A stretch of 64,000 nt of DNA from the human T2T-CHM13v2.0 reference genome, Homo sapiens: the NCBI RefSeq assembly GCF_009914755.1, contig NC_060927.1; one strand, given 5' to 3'. The position numbers were made by a program, and so were the translations under genes. Position 1 is the first letter of the stretch. Every line of letters begins with the position of its first letter. Shown in pieces: positions 1 through 16,007 of this stretch. The notes under the pieces were generated by a model. The model did not search any database, was not told where the DNA came from, and saw only the letters and a list, made by a program, of their open reading frames with translations.

Positions 1-1129
1 CACATTTACATGGCATTTTCAACCTTCAAACTCTAGCAGATTTTAAAACTAGGTGGATGAAAATAGAATCATTCTAATAAATGTAGTGTGTCAGATTTGA
101 AAAATCATTTGGTGAGCAGGATCTCTGTAAAGTTATATGGGCCACGTATACAAGACGTAACTGAAGAAAATTAATTCAACAGAGCATGCCGTACTTGAAC
201 GACATAGAGATTTACTCGAACTGAACTAACTCAAGCTGGCAGAACTCCGAGCAGCCTGGATTGTAAAGTCTGGGTGAAAATAGATGGAGTATGCCTGACT
301 GAACCTCTGTACTGCCCCACATGCTATACAGGTGGGGGATTGGATGGCTGTTAGGTGATCATTGCATTCTCTTTTGGATCCCTATTGAGAAGAAATGATA
401 AGAGAGGGAAAGGATATGGGGCAAGAACAGTCTGAAAAAGAAAGGATAAAGTTCTCAGACTCTCTTCACACTCTAAGAAGAACTTTCTGAAAAGCTTGGA
501 TTAGGTCTTGCAATGGATATAATAAGCAAAGGACTCTTGGAATGTGTTCTTGGCTCTTAGCCCCACCTCTGACTTTGAGCAAATCAGCTGATTTCTCTGC
601 CTGTAAAATAATAGTCCCTCTGATATTAATACTTACCTCATGAGGTTATTTAGAGGATAGTGTTGGTAATAATGCCTTGTGTTTACATCATTCCTTTCAC
701 AGAGAGCTCAAAGCACTTTACATGCATTGAGAGAGAAGCTTCTCGTGAAGAGTAAATAGAAGTGTTCACTTTTTGGAAATGAACTTAGGCCATAAGAGCC
801 TGAATTTAATGCATTGCAGGAAGAAATATGGTACATAGTGATCCAGTGGGTCAACTGAATTTTTTGTTCCACTAAGAGTCCCCTCCTGGCTCCTTGTTTT
901 GTGAATTGAGGAATATGGTGAGTCCCTACACCTGGATGGGAAATCCCACATATGCAATTGGAATGGTCTCTCACGACACATGCAGAGATTGAAGAACAGT
1001 CTGGACATTTTTTGATAACGTTCTTTGGGCCTTGGTAGTAGCTGAAAGACACCTGAGAAATCTTAGCTCAGAGCTACAGAATGACACTAATGGATCCCAG
1101 AAATAGAAATGTAGATGTGGAGTGTTTTA

Positions 1130-3350
1130 TCTGTTTATTTCACCTCAATTCAACCAATACTCCTTGAGTGCCTTTTATATACGTGATTTTGAGTGATGTG
1201 GAGAATGAAAGAGACACAACATGCTCAGGAAAGTTAACCTGGTATTAGCAAGGAGAAGGAGTAGGATTTACAAATAGATAAGTGCAACGGTATGTGGGAG
1301 TGTCAGAAAAGCATCACAGTACTTCAGCACATCTACTTGGGCAATCTCAAACATGTATTACTCATGTACCAAGCAGTATGCTGTTCACAGAGAGATACAA
1401 TCTCTGCCTTAGGGATCCTTGGGGAAAACATGTACAAAGAGATAGTTTTAGCACATTCTAGTAAAGGCAGTGATCAAGGGCACCTAGCCTTACGTGGCAA
1501 TTTAGGGAAGGTACCTTGGAGGATGAGACTTCTCCTAAAGTCTTAAGAATTGAAAAGAACATGGGAAGGGAATTCCAGGCTGGGAGAGTAGTATGTTCAT
1601 ACGCCCTCAGTGTTTAACCTTCTTTGAACAAAAAAATGGCAAACTACAGAAAGTTTGGTCTTATTGTAGCCTAAATTGTACTTAGGGGTACGAGTGAGAA
1701 ACAGGGATTAAGATAAAGGACCTGTTTTGCTGTCTTGTTTACTGTTGAATAGTAGTATGAAGTAGGTCCTGAAAAACTATGTTTTTGGGGAAAAAAAAAA
1801 AAAAAGACTGAATGATATGTTGGGTTTAAGTCCTTGCAGGCAGGCTATCCAGGTAAATAAACATGGAAGGTGATGGGAGGTAATCTGGGCTGGAAATACA
1901 GATTTGGAAGTCACCCCATATCAGTGGTGTTTAAAATCAAGAGCAAATGAAATTGCACAAGGAGAATATATAGAATGAACAAATTACCATGGGTGAAGCC
2001 TTGAGTAATACAGACATTTAAGAAGCAAACAAAAGACAAGGAACCCATGAGGGAGACTGGAAAGGAAAAAACAGAGAAATAAGAAAAAATGAGAGGAGAG
2101 AATTGATACATTTTCCTCAGGTGTGGCATTATGGAGTTCACTGGTGTCTCATCAGAGAAGTTTCAGTCCAGTGGCCAGGGCAGAATGACATTGTGTCTTG
2201 TTTTAAAGTAAATGGGTAGGGTAAGAAAGTTGAGAAGGGTTAGCACAGACCTCTCTTTCAAGTCACTTGCCTTAGAAGAGAAGGAAGGGTATGGTTTCTG
2301 GGGTGCAACCCAGGTTCAAGAAGCAAAAAGAAAAAAAAAATTCATTTGATAAAAGATTTAAATGGGTTTCTGGGCTTAGAGGAAAGAGTAAATAGGCACT
2401 GAGAATTTAAAGATTTAGGAAGTAAAGGGGATAATTAATGGAGCTCGGTCCTGGGAGTGCTGAAAAGGGGGGCCATGTGTGGAGGGCAGGGCAGGATCTT
2501 GACCTGGAGTAAGAATACCTCATCCTGTCATTGAAAGAAAGTGCACAAGGACAGGTCCAGGCATATCTAAGAAGGGGAGGGGAACAATATTGGGATAATG
2601 TATGTATAATTCTCTTATTGAAGTAGAAAATGATGTCATCTGCAGAGAAGGATGTAGCCTTGTTTGGGCTCTTGAGCAATATGACAGTTTGGTAACATTG
2701 CTTAGTAAAATAAGAGCAAGCTAAGCAAGAATGAGTAGGAGGTTGAGCCACGTTGATGGCCTATTTGAGATTGAGGACTGCAGATTTATATAGTTGCGTC
2801 AATCTGAAAGCTGACTTTTTTTTCCAGCTGAGCTCAACAGATTGGTCACAGAAATACAGAAGTCTACGTTTGAATTGATTCTAAAGATATTAGTGAAAGA
2901 ATGGTTGAAGTAATGAGCCGTGCTATCCCAACTGGGTAAAGCAGTGAGGCCAGGAAAGAGGTCAAGGAACTATGGTTTTCCAGAGATTGGAGAGCAGAGG
3001 TAGTAAGGGCAAAGGCACGGGGAGCCTGGAAGGATCAGAGATTGTGGTCATCTTCACATAATGGATAGGAAGCAGCCCCACTAGATAATTAGTTGCAGGG
3101 TTTGACCTTGGAAATCTGTGACCATGGAGATGAAGAAGGTGAGGAATTTATAGTTTATTGGATGGCTTGTCTAGATGGATACTGAAGTCACTCATTGTCA
3201 CAAAGGGTATGTTAAAGATTGTTGCCAAGTGCCCTAGTCATGAATAAGTGTTATGGAGGGACCAGGATATTAGCAGGGGGACATCAATGAGAAAAGATAA
3301 TTGGATAATATGAAATTCAACAAATGAGGCTGTTACATCAGAGGCATTAG
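1130..3350 (-). mobile_element. Cluster of degraded L2 (LINE-2) fragments
   Basis: Purine-rich stretches resembling antisense L2, e.g. ttcaaccaatactccttgagtgcc and ctgggctggaaatacagatttggaagtca. Boundaries are approximate. Confidence 0.45.
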
Positions 3351-3408
3351 GGAGTAATGGTTTAGAAGCATTATAAAAAGGAATAATCAGTTAGGCATTG
3401 GCTTAAAA

Positions 3409-3488
3409 TTTGGATAAGCCATATAAACTTGTTGATATTTGAGTATTTTGACATATAAAAATAGTAATTTCATATGGTTCAACCTCAT
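3409..3488. mobile_element. Made2-like mariner MITE (about 80 bp)
   Basis: Right end aatttcatatggttcaacct, with a degenerate inverted copy (ggataagccatataaactt) about 80 bp upstream. Confidence 0.6.
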
Positions 3489-3489
3489 A

Positions 3490-3660
3490 CTTTGTGTGCA
3501 TTAAATCATTCATTCTCACAACTACCTTCTGAAATGGGTTATCATTTTGCAGCTGAGAAAGTGAAGGCATAGAAATAATAAGTAATTTGCCCAAAGTCAT
3601 CTGATAAGTTTTGGAGCTCAGTTTCAGACCCAGGCAGTCTGGCTTTAGAGGCTGCAATCA
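3490..3660 (-). mobile_element. MIR SINE
   Basis: Antisense MIR core: cattttgcagctgagaaagtgaaggc...aagtaatttgcccaaagtca...cccaggcagtctggc. Confidence 0.75.
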
Positions 3661-4418
3661 CTCTGAATAGGGAATGCCCACCTTACCCTCACTGCCCTTC
3701 AGGCCTTCTGGTGTGTGAGGTGGATGAGACCAAACTCCTCTTAAGCATGTAATAACTGAGATAAATGCTGTAAAGGAAATGAATGTGGTTCACTAGTCAG
3801 TTTTGAAGTCTCATTCTCACATACTCTGTGCTTCCCCACCCTATTTGTGTTCGCTTTCACTCCCAAACTACTTCTACCTAATTGCAGAACACTTTCTCTA
3901 CATTTTGCCTAACTGAAACCTAGCATATCCCTGCTTTCCTTGTAGTTTACTAGTAGATAAGTAGGAAAATAGTTCTAGACCTTGCATGTACAGGGTCACA
4001 AGAGTTTAAAAAGAGCAAGGAAAACCATTCAGTAAATGACAAGACATTCTGTATATGGGATATGAACTGGGCTGGGAGAGAGGTAGAGTACTTAAGAGAG
4101 CGTGCTACGATAGACCTCAAAGGACTTTTTACCATTCTAAAGACCTTAAACATTATACTATCTGCTACAGCCAGCCACAGAAAGATTTTAAGAAGCAAAA
4201 TGTTGTGAGGATATTATAGATAAATGTTGGTGTGGATGCAATTAAAGGGAAAAAGACTAGAGGTGGGAAGATGGGTTAGGAAGCTGTTGCAGTCATTCAT
4301 GTGAAGGAATAGGGCTTGGCAGTGCTCCTACCTGTGTGATTGAAGAGGAGGGGCTGTATTCACAAGATATTTAACAGCAAGGATTGGCAGGTTTTGGTGT
4401 CTCTTAAGAGAATATGGG

Positions 4419-4870
<452 letters not shown>

Positions 4871-7787
4871 TCACAGGAGATGCAGATGAAAATATGTTAG
4901 TATTGCTTAACCTCTCTAAGCCTCACTTCCAAAATTCCCACTTCCTCCATCAGCTTTTGTCTTGTAGCCACTCCCTGATCTAAGTTGGTACCAGAGTATA
5001 GGGACAGAGACCTGAGTGAACTGTGGCTTTAGACCTGCTTTCATCAGGACCTCACACTGTGGACTCACAGGAGTCTGTATGGTAGGGTCTAGGATACACA
5101 CGGAACCTCAAACTTCTGAAAGGAGTCCTCTCCCTGCAACACCATTCCCATAAAAGAGAACAGAGTCGGTTCCTAGCTTGAATGAATGAATGAATAATGA
5201 CGTTGGGGCCTCTGGATATAGATCATTCTAAAAAGCACCTATATACTCTTTTGGTAGGATTTGGTACAGGTAGGATTATGTAAACCTGGTTGCTGACCTA
5301 GATATATGTAGTCTTGTTGGGAAACATGGATTAGTCATAAAATTAGCACACTGACATGGAGTATAGTCAGCAAATGGATAAGATGGTTAAGTATCTATAA
5401 TATAGTTTGACTAAGCAGTTAAGTGAATCAGTACGAATATTATTGAGAGGAACCTGGTTCTGACAGATATAAGGTAGTGATATTGCAGACATATAAAAAT
5501 ATAGACTGATATGCAAAGTGTGGGGAAAGATGTCATTCAAACCAGTCTTTTTATGGGCTTAATAAATTTGATAAGGGAATAGGAAGAAAGCTAGTCATCT
5601 CTTTCCCTTAGGTTGAAATAAACTTGACCCAATAGAGTACCCTAGTTTTGTTCATTTGCCGAATTGACTTAGATGCCAGGGATTTGCATGTGGAAAACTA
5701 ATGCCATGGCAGGATTACTAGACTGTAAATTCATTAAGAAGTCTGATGATATCATAAACCGTGAGAAGCCTCTGTCTTGCAGCAGCATCGGAAACGTCCC
5801 CGTCCCCATTTGAGTAAGTGCTGGTAATCCATTTTATTTCTCTCCATTAGTTATTATAATAATAACAGATTGGTGACACGGCCTCATTTTCTGCCTCTAG
5901 TGCTGTCTGCTGCTGGGCACAGCTGCTCCCAGTCATTCTTTCCAGAGTAAATAACGGTTCATGTTTCCATGGGCTGTCGCGAGAGCTTTCTGTGCTTATG
6001 AAATGAGCCCATGTCACCACCCTGTTGGGAAAGATTGAAGGTATGGGCAAAGCCAAGGAACTGCATGGGAAAGCCAGAGCTTTACCCCTACCCTAAGATA
6101 TGTTTTTTGCTCTTGAAGACATTTAGATTAACTGGGTGTTAATGATGTTAACTTCCATAAGTGTGAGGCAAGAAAATTCCATCACTTGGCATCTGTCTGA
6201 TGCAGGCCTTTGGCTTTGGAACTTTTTCTTTCATGTTAGATGTAAATAATGAACTCCTTTGTTGTGAGAGGGTTTGTTACAAGGAAGTAAACACATCAGC
6301 AAAGAGCATCTTTTGATCTTCACACCTTTGGCAATAAAAGCTGAGAGCAGAAATAGGCCAGAGAATTTGGGACAGAAACCACTAAAAGCTCCCCTTTTAT
6401 CTGTTCACAAAATTAGGTGCAGAACTATAGGAACAATGGATGGAATGACAATTATTAAAAAAGATGAAGGGCAAAATGAGGCCACCTGAATAATAAAAGC
6501 CAAGGTTTAGATTTTATGATCTGCTTTAAAACTCAGTGAATTCTCTGAAAAACTAGGAGCATTATATAGAAACATCATAAACAAAATGAATAAAAATTTT
6601 TTTTCTCTTCTTGTGATCTCATTAGTGGATGTTAACAAATTTTAAATATTCATTTGAGAATACATGTTATAAGAACACTGATTTTCTGTGTGTGTATGCA
6701 AAATTGCAAAAACTGGTATGTTTTAATGCCTTAATTATGTGACTCTTGTCTCATGATCATTAATTCAATCCTCTTCTAAACATCAAACCACATATTCATA
6801 TAAAATAGAAATCTAAAATATGCAGTTATAAATACATATGAAAATTCCTCTGTCTTTTTTTTCCTTATTTTGAAAGTTTAAGCTTTATTGCCAGGTTTTA
6901 TTGGTAGAAAACTAATGTTGCTTTATTTCATGAAAGTTATCAACATCCTCCCTTCAGATCTTATAGAATTTATACTCACATCCTATAGGTAAGTAAATAG
7001 ATTGAGGAGGAAAACCACTTCTGTAAGAAGAATAATAAACACACTTCAAACTTGATGAAAAATAAATGGATCTGCACTCAAAAACCTATTTAAGCTCACT
7101 TTTTTCCCCCAGTTTGGGTAGCTTTATAATGAAGGCAGAGATTGGGATGCAGGTATCATGTTAGATGTTAAATACCTCTATTCCTAGGCCTGGTGTTTGT
7201 TGTTGGTGGTGGGTGGAGGGATGGTTGCTCTAAGTTTTAGGTGTTCTTGATAGACAATATATAATTGATAAATAACTTTTCAAAGATCTTGCATTGTTTT
7301 CTGTTTTATCCCACTGTTTCCTGTAACCCACAGTTCCAAATAGCTGGCTGAATTGCTGTGTGATAAAAGGAAATCTGAGACTAAGTACCAATTCCTTCCA
7401 AGTTTAAGAACAAGAAGGTTTTCTGAATATTTTTCAGAGGCAGACTGGGGAACTATGTTTCTTTTTAATGGTCTTTTAATTTGAAAGTTAAACTAAATCC
7501 TTCTAATTGCTTGTAGGTATTGGACAATATGAGTATTTCCATTGGATAACATGGAGAGGACAATTTATCATTGAAGGACTTGTCGTTTTTATCTTAGCTG
7601 AATAGGGTGCCAGTATATACAGTTCGTGCTTTCAAGCACGGGTTGATTTATTATGGTTTGGACCTGCAGTTTTTAGAAGGGATCACAACAGGATTTTTCT
7701 TTGTAAGTTTAGTAAAGCCCATTTCTTACCTTGTTGACTGTCACTATCAGGTCAAAAAACTTAGAAAGCAGGAATAAAAACTCATTA

Positions 7788-8100
<313 letters not shown>

Positions 8101-8579
8101 AACTCATGTTTGGAGTGGAAAAAACCTGTTGTTTGATGACATGTAGTTAAAATTCATTTACTTATATTCAAATAAAGATAATAATTTAGTCCTTAGGAGA
8201 TGAACATTTCCATATTCTCTTTCCTACCCCTTGGCATGGGCTCTTGTGTTTGCCATACCAGGTGGATTCAGTCCAAACTCTGTAAACCTGGGCGTGTTAT
8301 TTGATCTTTTTGAATGTGCAAAGCTAGAAAATAATACCATTTTCACAAGTTCATTAAGACACATTTATGACAAAAGATCAACAGTCATTAATTACAGTTA
8401 ATAACTCTGAGTGACTGCTAATGTTCCAGGAACTATACTGAGCATCTTAGATTATCTAGATTAAGCCCAGTGAAGTACCTTTCACCTAGCAGGCATTCAA
8501 CTTCCACCTGCTTCTGTTCCTCCCCGCTCCAATCTACCAGATTCCTCAGGTGAAAGGAATTTCTATTTGTTCACATATT

Positions 8580-9090
<511 letters not shown>

Positions 9091-9173
9091 CCTGAGTATA
9101 TACTCATATCAAGGTCATTCTAATAGTGACATTCTTACTCAAATTGAAAAGTCGTGTATATGTTGAGTTGTAG

Positions 9174-9549
<376 letters not shown>

Positions 9550-9889
9550 TAATAGATATAAAGCACTTAGAAGGTGGAACATAGTAAGTCCATATAGTGT
9601 ATGCTGCTATTAGTCTACTTGAGGAGAGTAAAAAGATACTGTGGCCCATATGCTACGCGTTCCTGCTTATAACCAAATAATTATATAGAATTCATACATA
9701 AAGAATAAAATTGGATAGGGATGTCTATTTTTATTGGATGTTGTAAGTAAGTTATTAAACTGTGTCCAAAAGAAATTCATAGATATCATGAACTTAGAAA
9801 CAGTAACCCCCCAAGAGAATTGCAGCCAAACTACTACTAGTAGGACCCATGGTGGACCTGCATGTTACTTCAGTAACTGGCAGTCTAGT

Positions 9890-10440
9890 CCAGTGGTTTT
9901 TCTTTCACCACATTGAAGATACCACTTTATTTTCTCGTGGCTTGCATGATTTGCAGCAAGAAGTTTGCCATAATTTTTATCTTTGTTCCTCTGCATATGC
10001 ATCTTTTTTTTAAACTGTTTACCTTCAAGATTTATTCTTTATTTTTAGTTTTCAGTAGTTTCAATATGATAGGATTTTATTATCTTATTTTATTGTTGTT
10101 ACTTACCCTACTCAGAGTTCTTCAGGTTTCTTGGACCTGTGGTTTGATGTCTTTGATTATTTTTTAGAAGATGTTTGACCATTATCTCTTCAAATATTTC
10201 TTCTGTTCTTTCCTCCTGTTCAGTTATTTTCTCTGGCTTCCTACCTTGCCCCCAGTCTTTCTAATGAGTGCCTGATGTAGGTCCAAGGAGAAGAGTCTGT
10301 GAGTGAGTTTGAACTCCCTGTGTGACTGCACCTTGCAGGAATTCTATCCTCTTATTCTAGCCTATGATCACCGTTTAGCAAGTTCTTAGATATATAGGGG
10401 AATCCTTCTTAACTACTAATAGCACCTAGTGTCTCTATGT
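9890..10440 (-). mobile_element. Old L1M fragment
   Basis: T-rich sequence typical of antisense ancient L1: ttgaagataccac...tttcttggacctgtggtttgatgtc...ccattatctcttcaaatattt. Confidence 0.6.
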
Positions 10441-11625
10441 TAGGATTTGCTGCTTTTTCTTGTCTTTTGGATAGAACAGCACGAACATTGTCATGGAGGG
10501 ATGAAGCAACCTGGCATGTACTGTACACAGTTCCCTTGTAAGAGGCATAAGGCTGGAGGAACAGACAGGCAGCACAGCCTGCAAAGAAAGGCTATATCAC
10601 AGTGGAGCTGATGCCTCATCCCAGGAGCAGTGGGGAAGCCAGAAAAGAGACTTAGACCAGGAAATAACATTAACAGCTTTCCATCTTAGAAAGGTTGATC
10701 TAGTAGCTGAATGAAGGACAAATTAGGAGAATAGAGAGATCTGAAGCAGGGAAACAAAGTAAGAGTATTTCTGTGGTTCAGAAAGGTATGCTGGGGGCCT
10801 ATGGGCAATAGAAGTGGAGTCAGAGTTGGATAGAGTAGCTATGAGAGATGTCAAGGAAGATAGCCAATATACCTAAATTACTTGTTTTCCTGGGAATGTA
10901 AGCAAGTAATTACCTCCAAAAAGAATAAAATTATTTTAGTGTCTCCATGAAATAAATTTCAACAACAAAAAAATTAGTTGATTTTTTTAGTATACAGGCC
11001 CTAAAGTGTATAGTACAAACAGTATAATATCTTAACCAAGATTATTTAAATTCTAAATTTTATCAGAAAAATAAGAGAATGGAATCATTTGGATGGAGCA
11101 TGACACTGCTGAGATCAGGACTACTGGGTCAGTTCCTTCATAAACTAGTTAACTTACTTTGTCTGATGGCCTAAACCTAGGCAGTCATTTACAAGTATGG
11201 ATCCAATAAGAGAAATCTGTTACCATTACTAGGAAGCCAGTTCAAAGCACATAATATGCATATATACACCATTAACCTAAAAGAAAAAATTGCAGGAAAA
11301 ATAGAAACAGGCCAAAATTTCCATGAGCAAATTATTATGCCAGATGGTCCTCTTTAAGATTAATATTCTGTTTTGAAGTTCCTCATAATTCCACCTAAAG
11401 TCATTCTTTACATAAAACAAGCAATGAACGTTTCAAAAGAAAACATTTTTAAAGCTCTACCTCTGGAAAGTATTATAAATAAAATTTTAATAGTAAAGCA
11501 TTTAGAATTTATAGACTAAGAGTAGTATATAAAAATAAAATGTCATCTTCAGGAATTCCCTCATGGAAGCAAAAAAATTCAAATCCAACCATCTCCAAAA
11601 AACCATTTAAGTTTTAAAAAAATGA

Positions 11626-12610
<985 letters not shown>

Positions 12611-13554
12611 CACAATATTTTTTTGAATGAGACTCTACCTAAAATTTTATTATGTTCTCTCTTTATGGCCTTCTTTTGGGAAACACTAAAAAGATAAAAA
12701 GCTTGTCTGTATATACGGCTCAGAGTTAAGAGATGTTAACCAAGCATATCACAGTAGAATGATTCTAAAGATGTTATATCATGTCCACTTTTCTAATGGA
12801 GTAATTTCTATGTGGGAACTAAATTTTGAAGATGATGAACCAGCATTGGAGTCAGGTTGTTCATAGGTAGAAATGGTTTATTTTTCTTTCCCAGATTTTT
12901 TTAAAGACTTGTTCTAATGAGAAACAGGATAAAACTCCTTAATGAAAATTCCACTAGAAAATGGTTTTTTAAAGAATAAAATGAGACCTGTTATTACATG
13001 AGTGTTAAGTATTACCTCTATATGTCAATACAAAAATCATTAATTAAAATACCATTAGCTTTTTATTTTTACACCAACATTTATGGAATAATGATAATAT
13101 TCATGGCATTGCTCTAGTATTGTAAGGATATAAAGAGGAATGGGACAGGGTCCCTCCTAGTCCTTAAAGAGGGCACAATTTAGTTGGGAGACAAGATGAG
13201 TTCACATATAGGTATAATATGAAGTTGAATTTTGTGTATTGTCTTAAAAGAGAGAGAGCGGGACAAAGTGCTGTGAAGGGTGAGGTAGGAGAACTAATTT
13301 GTGGTTAAGGACATTAAGAACATTATTTTGAAGGAGGTGGTATGTAAGTTGAGCTTTAAAAGATGGACAGAAATTATTAAAGCAGCACTGGGGGGAAAGA
13401 ATTCTAAGCAAAGATTACTTAGAAGCTGGAAATTAGAGGGTGTGCCTTAGAAATGATGAGAAGCCTAATTCAGGCAGTACAGTACGGACTATATAGTGAG
13501 ACATGCAGTAGTACCTTAGAGCTCTATTTGGAGTAGTTTATTGGACACTCGGAG

Positions 13555-14130
13555 CAAGTTTAGCTAAATGGTTAAGAGTCTAGGAGCTGGTGCCAAATTG
13601 GCCTGGGTTTGAGACCTGGATCTACTAATCTTACCTCTGTGACTTTGGACAAGTTACTTAACCTCTCTGTATCTCAGTTTGCTCACCCGTAATCTCTGAA
13701 GTCTTGCATTGGATGTTTTGAAATTCAGAATTTTTCAGTTTGGGGAAAGGAATATGGTATAGTACATCAGATATGTTAGGTAACTGCCCCATCAAGGTCT
13801 GAGGCAGTTCCTCATAACCAGCACATTTTTATTTCCACAGAAACCATCTGGTAGTTTACAATAAGTGGAATAAAAATGATACACACTTTTTTATACATTC
13901 AGTTCAGGTTTTATCCAAATGAGTTTATTACAAACTTAAGAAAAATTTAAAAATTACTGGCTTTCAGCAGTTTTTAGATTTCAGAATTGTGAATAAGGAA
14001 TTGAGGGCTTATGGTAGTATCATTTTTATAAGATTGTTTTGAGAATCAAATGGGACAGCGTATTGGCAGAGCTTGCACCCTGCCTAGCACTTGGTAAGTT
14101 CTCACTGTTATCCGTTCTGCATTATTATTA
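13555..14130 (+). mobile_element. MIR split by a DNA transposon
   Basis: 5' half tggttaagag...gactttggacaagttacttaacctctctg to about 13690. The 3' half resumes near 14012 (gattgttttgagaatcaaatg...cctagcacttggtaag). Confidence 0.75.
13692..14011. mobile_element. Tigger-like (TcMar) non-autonomous DNA element
   Basis: Interrupts the MIR. The end ttttagatttcagaattgtgaataaggaattgaggg resembles a Tigger-family terminus. Subfamily not assigned. Confidence 0.5.
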
Positions 14131-15220
14131 GTTACAGGTGTGACTTGTTTAAAATGAGCCAGAGAGAGAGTGAGTGACATGTTCTAGCTATTCAGAGGCA
14201 GAACAGGACAAGGAGCCTTCTAGGCCAGTGCTGCTTCCTTTAACATTATGCTAGGTTTGAATCGGGTACTTGAAACCCTTCAATACTGGCTATGTACCCA
14301 TGTTTGCTGGACAATTGGGACCCATTTAACCAAATGAGGCATAATGAAGATGTGAGCTTTGGTAGAATGAGAATGAAGAGACAATTGGTCTTGCTAGTGA
14401 AATACAGGGGTGAGGGAAGAGGCAAAGGTTTTAGAAACAAAGGACCTCTCACATTTGTGTGGGATTACATACTCACACTCTGTCCGAGCATTGTGCCACT
14501 GAGCCTCACAAACACCCTGTGCTGGGATGTGGTGCCAATAGTTCTTTGACACCTGACTTTTGTTATTTTATACCTTCCAACTTTTAACTGTGGTGCTTCC
14601 ACTACCCCAATGCTAAACTTGTCCCTGGCCTCCTGGCAAACTCCTACTTAATCCTCAGGACTAAGCTCTGATGTCACATCTTAAGCGAAGCCTTCCTGAA
14701 ATGACTTAGGAAGAGTCAGGCCCTCCACCCATCTGGCTTCTGTGGGATCCATGTGTGTCACAGCATCCAACACTTTGCTATAGTTCCTTATTTGCATGTC
14801 CTGTTTCTCTGGCCACTCTTATTAGTATTCCTAGCACTCACAATGATACATGATAAATGATACAATGATACATGATAAATGTTTGAGGTGATTACCCTGA
14901 TTTGATCATCACACAGTGTATATCTATATACCTATATACTAAATATGGTATTTAATGCAGATTTAATGTATGTATGAATCCCCGTTTTGCAAGTGGAAAA
15001 TTGACAGTTTCAATAACTTGTCCAACATTGTGCCTTCAGCACCATTTGAAAAAAATTGGTTGGAATTAGTGTTTAAACCAGGTCTGCCTGATTCCAAATT
15101 GCATGCTATTTTCTCATCTTTACCCAAAAGAGGAAGAAATATGTATAGGTGTTTATTCACACATGCACATGCATAAATATTAGGGAAGGTTCGTGAGACA
15201 ACATTGCAGAGTCAAGCCAC

Positions 15221-15349
15221 GGCCAGGCATGGTGGCTCACACCTGTAATCCCAGCAAGGCGGGAGGATCGCTTGAGGCCAGGAATTCACGACCAGCCTGG
15301 ATAACATAGTGAGATCCTGCCTCTACAAAAAATTAAACAACAAATAAAA
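15221..15349 (+). mobile_element. FLAM/AluJ left monomer
   Basis: ggccaggcatggtggctcac...ggaggatcgcttgaggccagg, A-rich tail, short internal deletion. Confidence 0.88.
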
Positions 15350-15700
15350 GCCAAGCATAATCACTTTTCTATTTTATTTTTCTGATAAACATAATATGCT
15401 CTTTTAGTTGTTTATAAATATGCATAAATAGAAGTTTATACTTTTGTGACGGTTGTTAGTCTTGGTTTTGTATAATGTTATAATTAGTTTAAAAAACTAA
15501 AACAATATAAGTGCTATATATTTCGGTATATGTATTTTAGTATATGTTTTTTTAATAGTATTGTCTATATGCATGCATTTCTTATCTCTTTGTACACATC
15601 TTTTTTTATGCCTGTCATGCTTATACATTTTGCATCCACCAATTTAATCTGGGACTGTGTATTTATGAATGAAGAGCAAACTTTCATTCACCATTAGGTA

Positions 15701-16007
15701 ATTTTTTACTTTTTTTTTTTTGAGACAGGGTCTCACTCTTTCAACCAGGCTAGCATGTAGTGGCGCATTCATGGCTCAAACCCATCGTCAGCCTCCTGGG
15801 CTCAAGTGATCCTCCCACCTCAGCCTCCTGAATGGCTGGGACTACAGGCACATGCCACCACGCCCAGCTAATTTTTTTATTTTTTTATAGAATAAGAGTC
15901 TCTCACTCTGTTGCCCAGGCTGGTCTTTCACCCCTGGGCTCAAGCATTCTGCCTACCTCAGCGTCCCAAAGTGCTGGGATTACAGGCATGAGCCACTATG
16001 CCTGGCC
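15701..16007 (-). mobile_element. AluJ
   Basis: gagacagggtctcactct and cctgggctcaagtgatcctccc (J-type). T-tail present. Confidence 0.92.

Noticed and set aside
1292-1546. 84-aa ORF MWECQKSITV...
   Set aside because: No recognisable domain, overlaps degraded L2-like sequence, and has no promoter or splice context. The A-run at 1791-1805 could cause oligo-dT artefact cDNAs.
5200-5750. Possible CR1/L3 remnant
   Set aside because: Similarity is too faint to support by eye. A Dfam HMM search is needed.
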